Shown here: positions 62,901-64,000 of the stretch, in pieces | Layout: every line of letters starts with the position of its first letter | How positions within the stretch are numbered: the first letter of the stretch is position 1 | From: Gnetum montanum | Taxonomy: Eukaryota; Plantae; Gnetophyta | Assembly: GCA_015680685.1 (NCBI GenBank) | Contig: MNCI01000918.1 | Coordinates: forward strand, 85,042 to 149,041 | Direction: 5' to 3' | Length of the DNA: 64,000 nucleotides | Notes under the pieces: model-generated | Told to the model about the DNA's origin: nothing | The model's input: the letters and a program-made list of their open reading frames with translations, nothing else | Databases searched by the model: none | Program-made: the position numbers and the translations under genes

Positions 62901-63994
62901 TTTCGTAGACAACGATCTGAAAGAGCCAAAGCATCTAACAATTTGCTTTCTGATATAAGCCTGCAATGAAAAATCATTAAAATATGATAAAAATCCATGA
63001 ATTTCCCAGGTAAACATTGATTCCTATAGATTTCTAATTAGAAACCTCAACAAAAACCTTTCAACAGTTTCTTCATATGGTGCCTCATTTTCCCAGGTAA
63101 AAAATAAGCATTCATGGTGTTCTGCAGCAACAGTCTTCAACTCTTGACAATCGTCCAACACAATGGATTTGGACTTTCCATCCTTTGATCCTATCTTATA
63201 ACCACTTGTGGAAATAGAAGCACCAAGTTCTTCTTGGTTGTTTTCATCTTCTTCAGATTCATCATCTTTATCCAATTTCCTCTGGCGTTTCCTACAAACT
63301 CTATGTTTATTTGTTTGAAGGCTCATCTCTGAATCAGGCTTTGATGTCATTGGAGAATCTAAACGACGATGAAGATTGGCTTGCATTTGTATCCATCGAT
63401 TTAACGTTGGAAATCTGGCATAATTTTCAGAGAGGATAAGCATTAAATACTTATACTTGAAAAATGTAAATTTGATTAACAAATATCAAAAACCGAAATT
63501 GACAAGTGTTTGGAAAACAGTTTTTACCGCTCTGACTGCTCAAGCGCAAACTCATAAAATACCCTTTCATTATCTATCAAAAAAGAAGATTTTCCTCCAC
63601 GTCCCACTGAATCTGTAGATTCTGTACGGCTGAAGCTTTTGGAAAACATGCTTCCAAAGACACATGCCAGAACAGCTCGAACAGATGACAAAGTAGCAAG
63701 ATGTTTAATCACAGTTAACTGCAGGGGATATAGTTGATGCCTTACACGCTTTGAACTTGAAATGCTAGATGAATCAATTCTCGGTCCTGAGCATGAACTA
63801 TGAGAACCGCTGTTAGAATCAGGATCAGAATAAGAGACAGGTGCAATACAAGCCCAGCCATTACTGCTTTTTGGAGGATAGACCGGAGACACACATCCAG
63901 ACGTTATTTCATGAGCCAAATCAACACCCATAATATCTGCAACTTTACCCGCTGCATCAGCATTTCCTCTCTCAAAGACAAGACGTGTCAACAC
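8918..63994 (-). CDS. ZFYVE26: Plant ZFYVE26/SPG15 (spastizin)-like gene, 3' part: 22 coding exons, 1418 aa in window, 5' part lies beyond the window
   Basis: Exons splice phase-consistently into one ORF ending ...RPDRLIDMLSSSHRKVLACVVCGRLKTAFQIASRSGNVADVQYVGHQASKTGAVPVMDMCKQWLQLYM*. This matches, from memory, the C-terminus of plant SPG15 homologues (Arabidopsis AT2G25730-like). Exons: 63528-63994, 63058-63414, 62733-62960, 62219-62309, 62066-62143, 61681-61971, 61398-61595, 60761-61246, 60476-60637, 60067-60396, 59893-59975, 59690-59794, 59307-59541, 57170-57532, 50618-50719, 37120-37263, 10957-11042, 10611-10693, 10360-10475, 10117-10202, 9921-10020, 8918-8983; total 4257 nt. Confidence 0.9.
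9921..10020 (-). CDS. ZFYVE26: SPG15-like exon (KVLACVVCGRLKTAFQIA...YVGHQ)
   Basis: ttccag|G acceptor, CAG|gtaga donor. Confidence 0.9.
10117..10202 (-). CDS. ZFYVE26: SPG15-like exon (VLGAAINVFATKHRERPDRLIDML...)
   Basis: atttag| acceptor, AG|gtatt donor. Confidence 0.9.
10360..10475 (-). CDS. ZFYVE26: SPG15-like exon (VHIYAGVAASLAERKKG...EWDQ)
   Basis: atgcag|CT acceptor, CAG|gtatt donor. Confidence 0.9.
10611..10693 (-). CDS. ZFYVE26: SPG15-like exon (RRCEVAETLVERNFDLAFQIIYEFQLP)
   Basis: ttgcag|G acceptor, G|gtatg donor. Confidence 0.88.
10957..11042 (-). CDS. ZFYVE26: SPG15-like exon (MEVVRSFSDADGPPWKHSLFGNP...)
   Basis: atgcag| acceptor, AG|gtttg donor. Confidence 0.88.
12290..12990 (-). 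mobile_element. Decayed non-LTR element 3' fragment with Cys/His knuckle
   Basis: Minus strand reads RVRMGSHHL*VETGR*...REDKICRL...VVEDEQHVSLEC, the C-terminal motif of RTE-X/L2-like ORF2s; outer boundary approximate. Confidence 0.55.
13762..16642 (+). mobile_element. Near full-length degenerate RTE-clade LINE (APE endonuclease + RT)
   Basis: Plant RTE-like 5' end (catggccagtcccatgccc); EN motifs RNGVGIVV, INILCVYGPQVGLDD, IGGDF; RT motifs YKNRGDVQNYGNYRDIKLMSH, AGWMK; 3' tail ...aggctaggatgatg; 12-bp TSD attccttaa(c/t)tc at 13750-13761 and 16643-16654. Confidence 0.85.
17178..17272. repeat. ~50-bp tandem duplication
   Basis: Two imperfect copies of aagatgtagtg...tagtttta..caataaaaaattt. 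Confidence 0.6.
17297..22690 (+). mobile_element. L1-clade LINE, extended-ORF2 family, copy A (degenerate, 3' part deleted)
   Basis: ORF1 DUF4283-like (17643-18250). ORF2 starts MKLLSWNCKG at 18857, then CLQET, PADFQPIGICN, LKLDITK, QGDPLSPFLF, HLVAWDKVARPK, zf-RVT, and the extension (FFTNWVGD, DHFFVQS, HFGLILALW). Confidence 0.85.
22700..30517 (+). mobile_element. L1-clade LINE, extended-ORF2 family, copy B, split by a ~2.5-kb insertion
   Basis: ORF1 DUF4283 and CKFCGKQRHKSKAC knuckle; EN (GDFN, YTWSN, SRIDR); RT (25275-25700); zf-RVT. The extension breaks at ...RVLDVLTIG (~27205), resumes at DIVVPML*GL*DAQFF (~29708) and ends ...tgtacatat...ctc-poly(A) at 30510-30517. Confidence 0.8.
27206..29707. 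other. Unidentified insertion within LINE copy B (includes a gap at 27524-28299)
   Basis: LINE coding sequence is colinear on both sides; no clear TIR, LTR or TSD. Confidence 0.55.
31210..31470. repeat. Degenerate tandem repeat, ~120-bp period with sub-units sharing aaattctgagat
   Basis: aaaaaattctgagatttgtaacaa(t/c)aaggcttga occurs near 31312 and 31432; four aatt(c/t)tgagat cores. Confidence 0.7.
32630..36180 (-). mobile_element. L1-clade LINE, extended-ORF2 family, copy C (5'-truncated, large internal EN-RT deletion)
   Basis: Poly(T) at ~32630-32647; extension ORFs 33086-34009; zf-RVT 34013-34282; KLHLVCWELMAQ; RT LDITKAYDTMSW at ~35430-35460 joined directly to the EN N-terminus (ETKL) and ORF1 tail. 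Confidence 0.8.
36666..36853. repeat. Near-perfect ~96-bp tandem duplication
   Basis: aaaagttatctgttgtgatgatgctctttatcattaaatgagaaagctatatgaaaacctaagagaagcagatat is present twice. Confidence 0.9.
37120..37263 (-). CDS. ZFYVE26: SPG15-like exon (MHFEEGLSAR...SASEKLTEEELVKFSSRIGIQ)
   Basis: ggtcag| acceptor, CAG|gtgtt donor; isolated between 13.4 and 26.1 kb introns. Confidence 0.88.
38575..44594 (-). mobile_element. L1-clade LINE, extended-ORF2 family, copy D (most complete; ends in a J-domain)
   Basis: Poly(T)16 at 38575-38590; ORF1 DUF4283 (43814-44260); EN KILSWNCRG/CLQETK (42920-43200); 443-aa RT ORF 40709-42040 (LRQGDPLSPLLF, YTDD); zf-RVT; extension; TSD ata(g/a)aggaattatg at 38561-38574 and 44698-44711. 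Confidence 0.9.
38730..38952 (-). pseudogene. DnaJ/Hsp40-type J-domain at the C-terminus of LINE copy D ORF2
   Basis: CPYLILGINCNNSWGELRRHIRRTSACFHPDV; HPD at 38860-38868; Y-to-H spacing of 26 residues as in canonical J-domains; helix III-like IQQAASFV follows after a frameshift. Confidence 0.7.
45166..45334 (-). mobile_element. tRNA-derived Au-like SINE (169 bp)
   Basis: Perfect 13-bp TSD atgatattgcata (45153-45165 and 45335-45347); minus strand has A-box-like ttggagtgatgtaagg, B-box-like gggtttgagcc and a poly(T) 3' end. Confidence 0.75.
47097..50551 (+). mobile_element. Second L1/Tx1-like LINE family member (internally deleted; RT largely intact)
   Basis: Perfect 20-bp TSD ccactatagaatgtaggatt (47077-47096 and 50552-50571); RT KAPGYDGFPVEF, WHPITLLN, KLDYAKAYD, RQGCPLAPYLF, FADD; YYIWKRRC tail. 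Confidence 0.88.
50618..50719 (-). CDS. ZFYVE26: SPG15-like exon (VLKNDHVAAGLCSIQLFLN...HLEHAK)
   Basis: gtgcag| acceptor, AAG|gtttg donor; isolated between 6.5 and 13.4 kb introns. Confidence 0.88.
51262..53882 (+). mobile_element. L1-clade LINE, extended-ORF2 family, copy E (5'-truncated)
   Basis: RT from NQVGFV/LQDQV, YADD (51688); zf-RVT open into the extension (ORF 52508-52906); HLGVILALW; coiled coil; ...tgtacatt...poly(A) 53873-53882. Confidence 0.85.
54555..56870 (+). mobile_element. L1-clade LINE, extended-ORF2 family, copy F (5'-truncated; carries a J-domain)
   Basis: CWEKVAQPK, LPEKIKCFLW, zf-RVT, extension ORF 55190-55522, E/R/Q coiled coil ~55930-56310, J-domain CPYVVMGIN...LRRCIRMTSTKFHPNK (56337-56424). 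Confidence 0.8.
56337..56540 (+). pseudogene. Degenerate J-domain in LINE copy F
   Basis: CPYVVMGINHK / ARLRRCIRMTSTKFHPNK / EFQEADVLVT; HPN at 56413-56421 is one G>A change from HPD. Confidence 0.62.
57170..57532 (-). CDS. ZFYVE26: SPG15-like exon (YARQELLGFMFRHG...HFNHLYRFQ)
   Basis: tttcag| acceptor, CAG|gtaat donor. Confidence 0.9.
58345..58410 (-). mobile_element. Short 5'-truncated RTE 3' tail
   Basis: catcatcatcatccaagccttgtcctaac...ggctatatgaat resembles the reverse complement of the RTE tails at 16600-16642 and 45715-45765; related tails at ~59020-59070 (-) and ~62545-62600 (+). Confidence 0.5.
59307..59541 (-). CDS. ZFYVE26: SPG15-like exon (YNHLAKTAPTIMDDSLSADSYLNVLYMP...YLQE)
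   Basis: tttcag|G acceptor, GAG|gtaat donor. Confidence 0.9.
59690..59794 (-). CDS. ZFYVE26: SPG15-like exon (QALQLYKE...GPPVDLPGVRS)
   Basis: attcag|A acceptor, TT|gtaag donor. Confidence 0.88.
59893..59975 (-). CDS. ZFYVE26: SPG15-like exon (IDAFPVWNAWGQALLR...ARVKF)
   Basis: atcag| acceptor, AA|gtatg donor. Confidence 0.88.
60067..60396 (-). CDS. ZFYVE26: SPG15-like exon (ALSYAK...ERYSMAVYTCKKCK)
   Basis: tttcag| acceptor, AAG|gtatc donor. Confidence 0.9.
60476..60637 (-). CDS. ZFYVE26: SPG15-like exon (ALLSLCLDD...GRAYHATDTFVQ)
   Basis: gaccag| acceptor, CAG|gtggc donor. Confidence 0.88.
60761..61246 (-). CDS. ZFYVE26: SPG15-like exon (LIYEFPSLRD...TPDIILFK)
   Basis: atgcag| acceptor, AAG|gtttg donor. 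Confidence 0.9.
61247..61397 (-). other. GC-AG intron (151 nt)
   Basis: AAG|GCAATC...ATGCAG|CTG; no in-phase GT donor nearby, and read-through meets a TAG stop. Confidence 0.75.
61398..61595 (-). CDS. ZFYVE26: SPG15-like exon (IHFLLKHR...LPLPWQQRCSALHEHP...QSAQK) with GC donor
   Basis: aacag| acceptor; open frame; donor AAG|gcaatc is required to join LIYEFPSLRD in phase 0. Confidence 0.82.
61681..61971 (-). CDS. ZFYVE26: SPG15-like exon (VEAEFKNDPEGLALRLAGKG...SKQLL)
   Basis: gagcag| acceptor, CTT|gtatgg donor. Confidence 0.9.
62066..62143 (-). CDS. ZFYVE26: SPG15-like exon (VLSMKQALHKYRHIL...SWQQ)
   Basis: cctag| acceptor, CAG|gttct donor, 78 nt, phase 0. Confidence 0.85.
62219..62309 (-). 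CDS. ZFYVE26: SPG15-like exon (NLHCWELEAAIDVLTMCSCHL...)
   Basis: ttttcag|G acceptor, GAG|gtatg donor; not in ORF track. Confidence 0.88.
62733..62960 (-). CDS. ZFYVE26: SPG15-like exon (LISESKLLDALALSDRCLRNGASD...)
   Basis: ttgcag|G acceptor, AA|gtaag donor. Confidence 0.9.
63058..63414 (-). CDS. ZFYVE26: SPG15-like exon (FPTLNRWIQMQ...YEETVE)
   Basis: gccag|A acceptor, AG|gttttt donor, phase 2 at both ends. Confidence 0.88.
63528..63994 (-). CDS. ZFYVE26: SPG15-like exon (VLTRLVFERG...ALEQSE)
   Basis: ttttag|GTG acceptor, CG|gtaaaa donor; matches ORF 63524..63994. Confidence 0.9.
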
Positions 63995-64000
63995 CTAAAA

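Noticed and set aside
8918-63994. FYVE zinc finger in the ZFYVE26 homologue
   Set aside because: No R+HHC+xCG motif in the translated exons; the name reflects homology only.

Overview
Eukaryotic land-plant genomic DNA, probably from a non-flowering vascular plant (inferred from protein divergence and TE types). It is AT-rich and has four assembly gaps. The 3' part of a plant ZFYVE26/SPG15 (spastizin)-like gene runs on the minus strand. I traced 22 coding exons from 63994 to the stop at 8918 (4257 nt, 1418 aa); all introns are GT-AG except one GC-AG, and phases match throughout. Three consecutive introns are hugely expanded (6.5, 13.4 and 26.1 kb) by nested non-LTR retrotransposons: six degenerate copies of one L1-clade family, a second L1/Tx1-like element with a 20-bp TSD, two RTE elements and an Au-like SINE. 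Ty3/Gypsy gag-protease remnants with a 798-bp LTR lie downstream of the gene. The main novelty is the six-copy L1 family. Where plant L1s often carry RNase H, its ORF2 continues in frame after zf-RVT into a ~450-aa extension: a plant-mobile-domain/Transposase_32-like helical block, an E/Q/R-rich coiled coil and, in two copies, a C-terminal DnaJ/Hsp40-type J-domain (HPD in one, HPN in the other). All domain calls are by eye and need HMM or structure confirmation.
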